From Daphnia carinata (lineage: Eukaryota): a stretch of 64,000 bases of DNA. How positions within the stretch are numbered: the first letter of the stretch is position 1; each line of letters begins with the position of its first letter. This document shows positions 22,801 to 37,200 of the stretch, piece by piece. The translations under genes and the position numbers were made by a program. Below the pieces are notes generated by a model that made no database searches, was not told the DNA's origin, and saw only the letters and a program-made list of their open reading frames with translations. The stretch spans positions 744,001-808,000 of the forward strand of contig NC_081333.1 in assembly GCF_022539665.2 (NCBI RefSeq), read 5' to 3'.

Positions 22801-25800
22801 TACATTTCGCATTTAAAATGACCGAACATGGTCAAGTTGACGTTTGATCTTCATCGAACGTGACGCTGTTCTCGGATTTCCCTGGCTCCCTTCTTTCATT
22901 TTCATGTGACGCGGTTCAATACCTCCCGTCATTCTCGTGTAATGCAGTGCGTGAAAATTGCAGACGGCATGGCCGTTGACTCTTTAAACAACAACATAAA
23001 AGAAACGCATTTTTATTTGTTGCTTTTAATTCTTTCTTTTTTTTTTTCCTATTTTTGCTGCATCGTTTAGTTGCTCGAGATCATCAGTTAAGAAGCGACA
23101 CGGAGTGAGACGTGTGAAAGCGCTTTGTTTGGGGCCATTTTGTTTCGCTTTTGTTTGTCTGGATTCCTTTTTATTTTTTATTTTTTTGTCAGTTTGGGGT
23201 GAGGCCAAGTTGGGAAGAAAAAAATAATAAGTTTCTTTCATTTGTACTTTAGGAGTTGGGTAGAGTCGATGGGGGGAGCGAGAAAGAGACCTCCAGATGT
23301 CGCTTCTGTGCACACACACAAACATATCGAGTGTGTAGGAACCCCTTCTGTTAGAAACAGCCCCCTCTCTCTACTCTGTTCCCCTTTAGCGCAGACCCGC
23401 CCTTATTGTCGTTCGAAATTATCGATTGACTGAGGGGGGGGGGCGAGCTGCTCGATCTCTTTCATCTTTGCGGGAGTCGTTGGCCATGTAGACCGTGAAG
23501 AAATGGCACACACACACGAGCTTTACCCTAATAGTATCATTTTGCCAGTTTTCTAACACCATTCACATCGGCTATCTTTTTATTCTTTTTATTATTCGAG
23601 GCAGATGAAAAGAAACAAACAGACATGGTAATAAGTCTTTTTTTTTTTTTTTAGAATTGTTTTATTTCTTCGGGATTGCGGAGCGTGTAGCCGTGACCCG
23701 TCGCCAAAAAAAAAAAAAAAAACGTACGGCATTCATTGCGAGGGATAAGACCCTTTTGATGCATCAATTGAGTGAAAAGAAACATCAAAGAGCTTTGCTT
23801 CTTCTTGATTTTTTTTTTTTTTTTAGACTACCGACGCTAGTTGTCGTGATTCTTGGGGCTTTTCGTAGGTCACACGTTGCCTTACGAGGCCATCTTTTTA
23901 TGTTCACTTTTATTCGATCTCTCTTTTTTTTAGAGGGGGGGGGGTTCTTTTCTATTTATTTATATTTTGTGTGGTAAAAAGAAGGGAGGAGTTGACGTCT
24001 TTAACGAGGTGGATTTTTTTTTTCTTCCTTCTCTCTGTCAGCGAATATTTTTCTTTGCAAACAAAAACCGCACAACTTTGATGGATGAAAATCTGTTGAC
24101 GATTCGGGGGTTGGCCCATTGCGGTGACTAGTCTCCGTGAATAGGTTGCACAGTCGACTTGAATTCAAACGCATCGTTGAGTCAGAAATCCGGCCCGTCC
24201 CGCAAGATGTAGCCAAGTGGGCTTTACACGGGACACTGTGTATAGGGATCGATCCAATCTAGTCTCCCCCGCCTCTTTTTTTTTTTTTTTTTTTTTTTAA
24301 CGTTTGTTGAAGGTTTTCTTTTTCTTTTCTTTTTTTTCCCTTTTGCTGGTTTGAAAAAAAAAAAATTATTATTATCGAGATTGATTGAACTTTTGTGTCA
24401 TCTTGCGTCATTGCCCAACGATCAAAAAGTGCGAAATAAAAATGTTCAATATCTGTCTTTGACAAGAGCATACTCTTGTTTTATCTATTGATTTTTCATG
24501 TTTCGATTCAGGTTCTTTTTTTTTTTTTTTCAAAATCTTCATCCTGTTTTTTTTTTTTCTATTTGATTTTTACAAGAATTCGTGTATTTGAAAAATGTCT
24601 AACTGTCGCATATTTGCTGTTTTCCCCGCAGATGCCGCTTACATAGAAAGCCAGGGAGCTGATCAGCCATTCTTCATCTGCACCATCCAAGAATTCCGGC
24701 GGGTAAGAATAACTTTTAAACCAATTTATTACTATTATTTTATTTTATTTCATTTTTTGTTTTTTTTTGCCGTTAAGAATACTTATCTTATAAGTCCTAT
24801 CAAAATTTTACTTGGTTGGTCGTCATGACGGTACGTAGCGTTTGTGCTGAAAAGCGTTCAACTCACGCGGGATGGGAGTCAATGATTTTCGAATGTCTTT
24901 TGCTCAAACGGATGTGCGCGCGTGTTAAACGCGGTAAATCCATTTCTTTTTTTTTTTTTTTTTTTTTTGTTGGCCAAATGGACGGGAAATGTAATGACGG
25001 CCGAGTTCGTTTTGCGACCGACAGATGGCACTGTCGTCTTGGATCAATGAACGACGCCCTTGTAAAGGACAGCATTCGTAGTTTTTTGTGTGTGTGTGTG
25101 TGTGTGTTATGCATACGAGGGGGGTTCGTGTTAACACACACACACACACCAAGGTAGGAAAAGAAGGCGGGGACTGCCGGTTGTGGCTACTGGTGCTGCC
25201 CCCTATTCGCAGCACCCGCCTTTTTTTTCTCCTCTTGCACGGCCAGTCTTGCGTCAAACATGGCGGCCGCCGAGTTGTGATCACATCCACACCCTTCGAC
25301 ACTAGTGCGAGACGAAAACAAATCCACCCAAAAACTGTTTTGGATGGTGGTGTTGTTGTTGTTTATTAATAATTTAAGTTCAACATCAACTCTGTGCGAC
25401 ACGTTGCGAAATTATTCGGTACGTCATCTTTCTCTTGTGAGGAATGTATTCCCATTCTTTCTTCGTTGGCGATTGAATTTCCTATGTAAACATGAGGCGG
25501 CCGAGTCTGAAAAAAAAAACCCAAATATTCATCCATATTTTTAAATTATAATATTTAATTCGTTTTGGAGGGTCGAAAAGAAAAAAGGTATGGCCGTTTC
25601 TTTTGCGTTCAGCTCGTTTTTTTTTTGTTTTTTGTTTTTTTCAGCCCGGTTTGCTCGCAGCCAGCGGCCGTCAGTTGTCTCAATGTTTTGTTGCGAACAG
25701 CTGTACGTGTCCGCGGGGTTCTTCGAGCCGTAGCCGGAATTAGGTTTAGAAACATGTCAATATTTATGTTACGTTCGAAAATCGTTTTCTCCTCTCGTTC

Positions 25801-26573
25801 CTAGCGAATCACCTTTAAAAGGCAAGGAAAAAAACAAAACAAAAAACAAACAAGTAAAAACATTTTCTTTTTAACTTAATCAAAGGTCGACGCGTTTTTT
25901 TTTTCTTTTCTTTTTATAAATTAATTAATGGGAGGGGAGGAAAAAAACAAAACAGGAATGGGTCATGTGATGCGACTAACGCGTGCAAAATTTCAAGTGC
26001 CTTTAACATGAGCGTCGATAAACAGTTTGTATTGTAATAGAGGCAAGGTGGAATGTGTTTTTGCGTCGCTTTAATAGGTAAATATGATCACTTTTCAGTT
26101 AGACGGGTAGTTAAAGTCAAAGCAAAACATGATTCGTCGAGTTTTGAAAGCTCATAAAAATCGATTTACTGTAGGAAATATAGCCTAGTAAAATTCGACG
26201 AAGACTCGGTGCCAAGTGTTACGTGTCTTTCTCGTGGTTGCGTTCACGCCCCGAGGGCTGTTTCACGTTTCTCTTCTTTTTCTTTTTTTTTTTTTTATCT
26301 TCCTCTTGTTATTTTTGTTTTTGTTCAAAACGCGACCGTGTTGCGGAGTGAGATCTTTTTTTTTTTTTTCTTCTTCTTCTTCTTTTCGTCACGGTGTGTA
26401 TTACAAAAGAACTCCGAGTTCAGCTAATATACATTTTTTTTTTCTCTCCCTTTTTGAAAGAAGCCAATTATGAAAAAGCAGCCGCGGCCCGTTACGACTT
26501 GATTATACGGATTGAAGTGCTTCGACTTGTAGCATTATTATTATTTTTACTTAATTCATTCAGTTGTTTTCCC

Positions 26574-26604
<31 letters not shown>

Positions 26605-26708
26605 ATTGTATTTGTGGGGGGATTCGCTTGCCGTCACGTTAGTCCGTGAGTCTTTCAGCTGATGCTGGATAGCCGCCATTTTCGTTTCTTACTTCAAATC
26701 AATTCCAG

Positions 26709-26754
<46 letters not shown>

Positions 26755-27838
26755 GACTTTATAAGGGGATGTTGTATCAAGTACCGAAAGCCAGGTGTGT
26801 TTTTCTCCTCCTCTTAAAGCATTCCCCGAACTTGTGCATACATAATAAATAGGCCGATGATGGATGATTGCGAAGGGGACGCTTCACATTCCCGGACGCC
26901 CACTCACGCCGATGCGAGATGGTGTTGTGTGTGTGTGTGTGTCGAACCAATCGTTTTGAAAAAACAACGCGTAATTGTCAAGTTAATAATAAAGCTTTTT
27001 GTAGAGCTTCGCGGCTTATGGTGATCAACTACATCGGTAGGGGTTTGTTTTCTTTTTCTTTTAAGAAAATATATATAAGGGAGGGAGGAGTGGAACGTCG
27101 TGTGGTATGAAGCCCTTTAAAGGGAAAATGGCGCTGCGTGACGTGACCGTGTGATTGAATTCAACAATTTTCTTTAAGTTATAAATATATATTTTTCTTT
27201 TGACTGGAACCCTCATCGCATGTTCGTGGGAAATGGTCGGAAGAGAAATGCCCTACGGCGTTGGCTTGATTACCGTCATACTAATCCTTTGCTTTATGTT
27301 CTTTTGTGTGTGTGTGTGTGTGTGTCTTTGTTCCTCCTACCCCTCAACAGAGCAAGCGGGACACCTTGATGGTCAACATTAAATGGTATGTATCAATTTT
27401 TTTTTTTTTTTTTCGTTTTCTATTTTGCGGCTTTTCAATCATGGGCCGATGTAAATTTTTTTTTGAATGTTTTTCTTTTTTCTTGTTGCTGCCGTCGGCC
27501 ACCTGCCATTTTTTTTTTTTTGTTTGGCGCAGGTACTATCGACCCTGTGAAGTCCCCGAAACGGTGTATCAGCTGTTGGTGCAAGACCGCAACACAGAAC
27601 AAGGTGGTGATCCAATGATAATCGATTGCAATGACAAGACTGATAGAATTGATGGATCCTTGACAGGCAACAAGATCTCGTTCCTTCATGATCCGGTGAT
27701 TAAAGGTCGCGAGCTGTTTATATCCGACGCCACCGATACCTATCCCGTCTCCTTACTCAGGTAACTCGACCTTATGGATAGCGCATCATTTTTTTTTTTT
27801 TTTTTTTTGGAAAAAGGGGCCGGGCGAGAAGAGAAGAT

Positions 27839-27877
<39 letters not shown>

Positions 27878-30800
27878 GATTAAAACAACACGCCCTTAGG
27901 GGCATCGTTTTTTTTTTCCTTCATATTTTACAACAACAACAACAATTGATGTTTGATGCCAAGCCTGTGTGATATTTCGTGTGTCCGGGAGTTCTTCCGC
28001 TCCCCTCTGAGTAATCGGCTTATCGATTTTTGTTTCCATCAAGTATTTAAAAAAAAAAAAGAAGAGTTGCGCTTCGTTCGGCAAGAACGTAAATAACGTG
28101 AAACGACTTTGCTAACCTGAAATAGCTCGTCAATGACGCAAAGGAACGACGACGGTTAGCAAAGTGCTTTGACGTCGTACAAACTTTTTTTATTATTTTT
28201 TTTTTTATATTTAGAACAAGAGAGAAAATGTAAGAAGGCAATTATGGGAGAAATGTTTACGAGGGTAACAGAGTGACAATTTCTGGTGTAAGGAGAGAGA
28301 GAGAGAGAGAGAGAGGGGGGTCTAATTTGAGTTAATCATGTTATAAAAGGTAGACGTTATAAAAGTTTCTCATTTTTTTTTTTTTTTTTTTGGTTCAAGA
28401 GCAGAATAAAAATGGGCGTGAGAGAAGTTGTTGAACAGGGGGCTTGTGTGAGAGATTTTGGTGGTTCAGAGGTGGAACTCGGAGGGATGCGATCCTTAAA
28501 TGGAGTCGATTTGTTTGTCTAGTAATCTTTTTGGCGGTTGTTTTTATTTTAACAAATGTTTGTTTTTTTTCTTGTTGGACATAGGGGCGTGTGCCGCGTC
28601 CAGCACTTCACCGACATCCAGGGCGCTGAAAAGTTTTCGCCGTCCAAGGACTCGTTTTTCTACATTTTAGGCTACAATCCAGAAACTCGCAGACTGGCGT
28701 CCACCCAGGGTGAAATCCGGGTCGGGCCATCCCATCAGGTCTTATGATTGATTATTGTTATAATTTTTTTATTTATTTTTTTTTTTTTTTTAAAGTTTGA
28801 ATTAATTAAAAAAAATTACGGTCTTGTTTGAGTTCGTGTTATTAAGCGACGTAATTCATTAAAAATTTGCAACCCAAAAAAAAAAAAAAAAAAAAATTAT
28901 AAATAAATTAATTGTTTAATTTTTTTTTTTTTTTGTTTCTTGTGGTTGATCCTCCAGGCCCGGCTACCGGAATTGCGAGCCCAGTTGGGGTTGGACAAAC
29001 GTCCAGAAAAATGCGAAGATTGGGAGGAGCCGCGCTGGGTACCACCGCCCAACGCTCCGGGTGTGCGCGATGGCGATTTGATCGTCTATATCCAGGCTGC
29101 CCGTTCGGTGGCCGCCTTTGTGGGTATGTGTGACGGCGGATCCCCCGACGATGGATGCCTCGCCGCATCCCGTGACGACACCACCATCAACGCCATGGAC
29201 GTGGTAAATAACTTGGAAATCAAAAAAACAAAAAAACAAAAAAACTTGGCACTTTCTTCCATAAAATAAAGAAGAGGGAATTTTAGAAATGCGTGTGACT
29301 CACATGAAAAAGGCTAACAACAAAGAGAAAAAGAAATGTGGAATCGAATCGTTTCAATAGCTTTGACTATCTGTCACATTTTTATTTTTATCCTCTTTTT
29401 ATTTTATTTTTTTTTCTTTCTTGATTATTTCGTTGCGATGAAGCGTGCACGTCTTTTGTATCGCGCAATTATAGAAATCTCTCTCCTTGATATTTGAAAA
29501 TTTATTTTTCTGCAGAATGGATGCATTCATAATTATCTATTGTTCGATTTTCTTTTATAGCTACACAATTCCGGCTACGATCTGGGTAAAGCGCTGCAAA
29601 CTCTGGCCAAGTGCCCCGTACCTAAAGGCATCGACAAGAAATGGTCCGAAGACGAAACGGTAAGTTTTTATTCTTTCACTTATAGAACTTGAACAAAAAA
29701 AAATAACCAGGGTCCTCTTTTTCATTTTCTTTTTCGGGATCGAAAAAACAAAAAAAACGGATGTTCTTCAATGTTATTTCGTTGTGTTTTGTTTGCCGTT
29801 GCAAACCGCCGTAAATCCCGTTTTCTTCTTTCTCGTCTTTTGTGTTGAAGGACGAGTTCAATTCCCTCGAATCACTGATGCAAACGACTGGCTTGCGTGC
29901 GCTATTTCTCAGATTTTATTTTATTTTATTTTTTTTTTTTTTAACTCGCACGATTTTCTTCTTTACAATCCCCCTCACCTCGTTCACTGGATAGGCTTCC
30001 GACTTTCTGACAATGTCCTCCAGGCGTTTACACCAACACATTTTTGATTTTTTTTTTTTTTTTTTTTTTCACAAGAAACAAAAGGCCAATCTTTTTTTGT
30101 TTGTTTTTTTTTTTTTTTTTTCCTTGTTTTATTTGGAAAGGGGGGGGGGCGTGGATGACGTGAGAGTGTCCGCTTGGGTTTCTGACAAAATTGGAAAAGA
30201 TGGGTGACGACGAGTGATCCATTACAGGGCACGTCGTCGATGTGATCTGTCGGACTAAATCACGGCCAACGATCGTCTCTTGTTTTATTTCTTTTTTTTT
30301 CTTTTTTTTTTTCCCGCACATGGCGGAGAGAGTCGATGTTGGATAGAAATCGATCGAATGCGTACGTCGTGTCTCTCGTCGTTGTTGTTTTGTTGAGACA
30401 TTAGCTTTTCAAATGTTCTGCTACGACTCCATTGAATAATGGATGACTCTGTCGTTCATCGTTTTTGTATTTTGTATTGGATCGTTCCACTTCTTTTGTG
30501 CCTGCCAAACTGGCCCAAACTCATCGCTAAGCTTATTGACGATCGTTTCGGGCTTGGCGCAAATGTCTCGATTCATCGACATTTTCCGCATCATCCGATT
30601 AGGTGTTTTTCTCTTTTTTTTTAAGGAAGTGAAATTTATGAAATCCACGTTCCCATTAGTAGTCAAAGTTCCAGCGGTTTGGAAAATTACTTTATTGTTT
30701 ATTTGGCTGCGGTTGGCCCCGTTTTGCTTGTCCGTGTGTGATGATGGCTCCTTCACACACACACACACACAGGCGCTGATGGAGGGAAATGAGCCAAGTC

Positions 30801-31179
30801 CTTTTTTTTTTAATTTTTCTTTGAAAGAAAAAAGAAATGGCTTTTTGAAGGCGACGTCATACCAATAAATAATCATCATCGTCGTCCAGGAGGTAGACAT
30901 ATCGGTCGGGTACGATGAGCGTTGAAAATGCCTTCGGGTGGAGGGGCTTTGGAGAATGGACGTACGACCGAAAGGCGGGGTGAAGGAATGAGATTGGGAC
31001 ACACGATGCTCACGACACGCATGCTAACGAAGTGATAGCGTGCTGTGTTGTAAAACGTTGCCAAGTGGCTCCCCGTGTTATGTGCGCGCACCGCCACGGT
31101 CGCCACTATCTCGCCTCTTGCAAACAATCCGTGAAAGAGCAGAACATTGTAACTTTATATATATATTTTCTCTGTGTCT

Positions 31180-31212
<33 letters not shown>

Positions 31213-34200
31213 GCGCTTTGCCGACCCCTCTTCGTCTATCTTTTCTTTTCTTTTTTTGTTTTTATGAAACACACACACACACACAGAGTTATTCGGGTTT
31301 TTCGTTTTGCCTTTTTTGATTCTGCCCGGCCGTTTTCGTCAGTCACTGCTCGAGTGTCTGTTTGCGGTAATAGATGGCGGTCGTTTCGGTTGATGGCCAA
31401 ACGGTTGGCTTCTCAACATTTTTTTTTTCGTTTTCGACCGACGTCGAAAAATGTGGAATGAGAATGACAATAATAGAAACGGTCGGATGCTCATTGTGTG
31501 AACGGCGGATTAGGATCGACTCTTTATCTCTTCCAGAAAGAATAAAATAAAAATAAAATAAATGCTACATGCCTTTGGGCTTTGCCAGCTGCCTCCCTTT
31601 TCTAGAGAGTCAAGTGACAGAATTTGTGCGTTAGATTAATGGCTGCAGTTTTCTTTCGTTCTTTTTTTCTGTGAAGGAAAAGAAAAAAAAAGAAAGAAAA
31701 AAAAAGTATTGAATTTCATTAAAGGAGAGAAAGAAAACACCGGATACTCGGTTGGTCTCATTTTATTTATGGATTCGACATCGTAGAGATCGGTGTTGAA
31801 TGGTGACGCTTCCAATCGATGCCCCCGCACACATCACCCGATACAGTTGAACTCGGAAGCCGACGTCATTTTCCAGTTAGACGCACTCGTCTTTTAAATG
31901 AAGCAGCCGAGCCGTGCAATCATTCGAGTGATGAAGTCCCTGTGCATTTCATGGTTTACGTCTTTAAAAGTGCAACATACACACACTGACAAGAAAAGGA
32001 GCGAGAAAAGAGGAGGGAAAACACATTTGTATGCTCGTAAAAGTCAATCATGCGTTGGGGCATTGAAACGTACGTGGCTGCCATTTAAAAAGAAAAGAAA
32101 AAAAAAAAGAAAGAAAGAATAGAAAACGTTTCAAGAAATGGTGGTTAACCGCATAAGACAACCGACCTGCTTTTTTTTTTTTTTTTCGTGTATAAATTAT
32201 CGTTTAGCAGCTGTTTTGGCGACATTTTTTTTTTTTTTTTCATTACCGATTGTCGGTCGTTGTCACGAGATGGCGTTAGCAGCCGCCGTTCATGCGCCGT
32301 GTGCGTCTGCTGTACCGATGAATGTTTACGGGCAGGGTCTCCATTTGTCGGCGTTTCTTAGTTATGGAGAGTCCTGACTAATTAACGTAACCGTCTTTTA
32401 TTTATGTCGTCTATTTAAGCTCCTTCCTTATTGGTCGTTTCACAACCCACATGTTCTAAAGAGTCTCACCAAAAAGAGACGAAAGCTTTTCTTTTTCCAC
32501 CCGAGTTCCTTTACAGCCATTTTGTTTATGACTTGCGAACGCAGTTGTCTCGTCTCGTGTAGAAGCGATTTCCTGAGCTTTCATGTCAATCGATTCATCG
32601 CGTTTTTTTTTTATTTTTATATAAATATTGTTGTTTCCTTTTTTTTTTTTTTCTCTTAATTTAGTGTGGTAACAGTGTTTCGGTGTTACAGTCCTTTCGT
32701 GGCCACGTTTAGCCAACGAGAAAAAGAAAAATAACCGACCACCCACACGGTTGTTTGGTTTCGTATTCAACCTTGGCTTATTAGTTTATTTCAATATGCA
32801 TATTTTTCTTCTGCTTTGTGTGTGTGGTTTTTTATGGGTTTAAAACGTTTCGAATATTCCCTTTAGCGTATCTTTCAGTCTGCCGTTTTCGTGTACGGCC
32901 ACGCACGAACACGCGCACGTTTAATAGGTCATTACTACGCGGATTGACGACTTGTTGTAAAACATTTCGCCAGTCTCTTTTCTCTCTTTTTTTTTTTAAC
33001 GCTTGAGAATTTCTTTTGATTTTTGACGAGGCCCTGCTGAACGCGGCACGGCTTTTTTTTTTTTCTTTTGCTTTTTATGGCTCACCTTGTTGCCAATGCC
33101 CCATCGTATTCGTAAGAATCGAAAGAGACGCGGGTCCATCTAACCATTCAAAAAAGATGAAACAATTTTCAGAAATTTTATTTTTTCTTTTGTTTTGGCA
33201 AATTAAAAAAAAAAAAAAACACATGCAAAAATAGATTGCAAAAAGGGAAAAAGAAATAGTCGTCTATTACCAGCAAGCAGAAAGTGAGGAAGGAGTGGAA
33301 ACGCAGTAGCGTATAACCTCCTCATATATTAGATAAAGGCTCTTATTATTTATGTGCCCGTCTATCTTAGGAGGCTGATGGCTGGTTCTTATTTTATGAC
33401 ACGTCAGTTGATCTTTAGGATTTGCCGAGGCCCTGCCATGTGTTTGGCAGCCAATCTTTTTCCCCCCCCTGTGTGATGTGTGTGTCTTTGATACCCATGC
33501 CGACCGATTGATCCGTCGTTATGGCGGCTCTAGTCGCATTTTGTCGTCTGCTTTTCTACGAAGATGCCAATCTTGATGGTTTCCTTTCTTTTTTTAAGTT
33601 CGAGGGTTTGTCGCAAACCAACGGACGGACTATTTTGTTTTTAGGGACTTGTTTATGCAAGTTCAACTGAGGTCACAGGAACAAACAGATGAGGTGGTTT
33701 CGATGAGTACATTTAAGCAGTGAAAATAATCGAGTCGAGTTGTTATAAAAAGAAAAGAATGAGAAGAAATTTACTTATTTAGAAAAGGAGGGGAAATGCG
33801 GTGAGTCCCATTTGGGGAAAGAGAGCGACTGAAAATTAGGAGGAGGGATTATTCCGAGTATTAGAAAATCTAGTGACAAACTCACGTCCGGTAGCGTGAC
33901 GATGAAAAGACGGGAAGCGGTTTGAACTTTAATGTCATAGTAGTTTGAGATCTGTCATAATGAGACAAGTCGACGGAGGTTGAGGCCTCTAACACACACA
34001 CACACACAAAATATATACAAAAAAAAAAAAAAGAAAGAAAATGAGCCCTTTTTTTTAACGATCTAATTACGAGACATGGTCGTGCCGCTGGCGTTTTCGT
34101 TCGTGTTGTACATAGTCAACCACGTGAGACTGTGAAAAAAAAAATAAATTCAAATAGAAATCTCTTTGCCAGATCATTAGCATCATTAGCGTTGTCAAAC

Positions 34201-37200
34201 GAATCAAAAGATGATGACTTTCGAACCAAAATGGTCCGCGTAGCGTTGACGGAAGTAATTAAAAAAATAAAGGAGGGGTGGTGGTGGGAGAAGTGGGGTC
34301 CATTTTTCAGGTGTTGGTTTTCAGTAAGCGTATCATGTCCCACCCAAGATTGACTACACGCTAGACGCTGTAACTGGATATACATGTGTAAATATGACGT
34401 GGTTACATATGCGTGGACAGGTAACACACACACACACACACACACAGAGGTATAGGAGAGGCCCTCTGGTGATGAAGCGTCGCTGTGGTTTTGTATGTGT
34501 GTGTCGATCCGCTCTGTCGAACAGATGCCGGAAACAAAAAGCTGCTCTGGCGCAAGTCTTCAAGTACACATAATCACCAGGTGTTTTTTTGTGTGTTGCG
34601 TTGCGCTAGATTGTTATTCGTAAAACCTGAGGAACTTTGGGCCCTCTAGCGTTTGTCTTGTTGATCTGATGCGATGTTTATTTTTGTTTCTTTTTTTTTT
34701 TTTTCCGCAGTCTGTCGCACGGCAACAGACTTGAATTTCTTCTTTTGTTTTTTCGGTTAGCTTGATATCGGCAGGCTTGTAAGCGAAGAAATGCAACGAC
34801 AAGCAGATCAACATGTCAGTTACGTTAGGCTTTGGCTACGAGGAAGGGGGAGAAAAAACTAGAGGGCGCAGATCTATCGTATACAGCTAATAACAGCCAT
34901 CCAGCCGGTAAAAAGAGAGGGAACACACAGACACACACACACAGCGATACACACCTCAGACAACGGGGCCCGACATTTAGCCTCAAGGGGGGAAGAGAAA
35001 TAGTTTGGGTAAAGCAGAGACCGCGGGTTGGCGAACCGCGCGGCATATGCCCACGTAGCGCCACAGCGGATTGTGGTGAAGCGCCTCTCGCGGCCACTGA
35101 TGGCGTTTTCCCAAGCTCTCTCGACCAGTCAGCAGTCGTTGAGCGGGCCGCTCCCGAATGAGAGGCGACGCCGTGCGTGTGTGTGTGTATGTGTGGATAT
35201 TCCGCCATTTTCCCCTCGATTGGCACTGAAACGTTAAGCAAAGAAGAAATAAAACAAGACAGACTGGATCGTATTTAATGGAGGCACAGTCTTTTGTTTA
35301 AGTTTTGATCAAACGTGATTCAAGTGTCATCTCATTGGATTCGGTTCTTCGTTGAGTTGGAGGGGGGAGCTACTAGCAAAGCAGCGTCATTCGGATCATT
35401 CGGTGTGCGGCCATTTTGGGTTGTTCTGCTCTGTGTGTGTGTGTGTCTGTGTGTGTGTGTGTATGTGGTGTGTATGGATGTGTGTGAGTGTATCGAGGCG
35501 CGTATACGACGACCGACGGCTTTTTCAATTTTTTTTTGTTCGTTTTACTTTCATTGAAATACGCAGTGGGCCTTGACTCTTAAAAAGTCTCAATCAGGTC
35601 AACATAAAAGCAGCAAAATAATTTAAGAAAAAACTCTATGGGATTTGATCACATGTAACCGGAATTCTGAAGAAAAAAAAAAAAAGAAAAGAAATAGATT
35701 GATGTTGATTGACCTGGATTGTTGTACAAGTGACTGCAACCTGTGTAACCGGATCACGAGAGCCCGACATTTGGTGACAAGAATCCACAGTGGATTACGT
35801 TTTTTCGGTGTGTCTGTGTGTGTGTGTGTGTGCCACGTGGATTTTTCAATTTGAGGGTTTTCATTACGTGGCTCATCTTTTAAAACAATCCAACTAAAAA
35901 TAGAATAAGAAAAGAGAAAAAGACGATCAGGTGAGGATAGTGCAAGAAATGCCAGGCGGCCATATTTGATTCTTTCCACTCTCTCTCTCTTGGAGAGGGG
36001 AGAGAGTTTGGTTGAATAAAAAGCCTCTCTTTTCTCTCTTTCTCTCTCTCTCTCTGCTCTCCCCCGTGCGGCTTCTCTCTTTCTCCAACCATTCCTTCTC
36101 CTTTTCCTCCTCTTCTCTCCTTTCTGGCAGCCAACTATTTTTACGCTGATGGACGAGAAAACAACTGCCCATGGGGAGGAGGGACACCATTGGAAATGTT
36201 AGAAGAAGAAGAAGAAGACGAAGAAGAAGGAGAAGGAAGATGGCCGGATTTGAGAGAGTTCGGTCAAGAGGCCGATGTCAGATTGGTGCGCGCTTTTGTT
36301 CCTTGCTGCTGCTGCTGTGTTTTCACGCATGGCGGCTGGTTATACGAGAGACAAGGGCAGAAACGCCGTGGGTGAATCCGTGCGTGTCATGTCGTCGGAA
36401 TGGCCACGGCCAACAGCTTTTTCGTCCAGCAGCAGCAGCATTCCTCTTTCTTTTTCTCTATCCTCCTTTTTTCTTTCATTCTCTCTCTATTCATCCACTG
36501 CGTTTCACGCTGGCGTTTATATGATCCTCATCCTGCACCGAACTCACGCTGGTGTGAATTTCCCCCTCAGGCCATTGGATCCGCGCCCAAGTTCCCGACA
36601 TTATTTATATTTATATGTCTATAATCGTAGTCGCTATCTTTACGGCCTGTTTGCTTGTGTGGAGACGTATCGATCAATCAAATGTAGTTTTTTTTTTTTT
36701 TTCTTCTTCTTCTTCTTTTTATTTTATTTTTTTTACGAGCAGCCGATGGATGCCACCACCATCAACAAAATATTTATATTTAAAAAAAAAAAAAAAAAAA
36801 AAGAAAGAGGCGATCCGTGTTTCTTTTCGTTTTCCAAAATTCTTCAAGTTTTCCCGCCTCTCTTTTCTATCCTTGTCCGTCGACATCTATACACGCGTTC
36901 ACACTGTTGGAACAGAGAGAGAGAGAGAGAATTAAATTAAATCTAAAAAAAAAATCGAGTCAAGAAAAAAAAAGGGGGGGAGGGGGAAGAACGCACTTGC
37001 GGTCACTTAACCCGTCAAGGTTTTTGTTTCTCACGATCCGACAACACAAACGGTGGACGGTGCGGTTTCCCTTTTAGATCGTCATGACCACACAGCCGTT
37101 CAAGAATTTTTACGACTCCCACCCTTTTCTTTCTATCATAAATTCGTGCTGCTTCTTATCCTTCTTGATTCTCTTTTGTAAGATGCTAATTGTCCCTTCC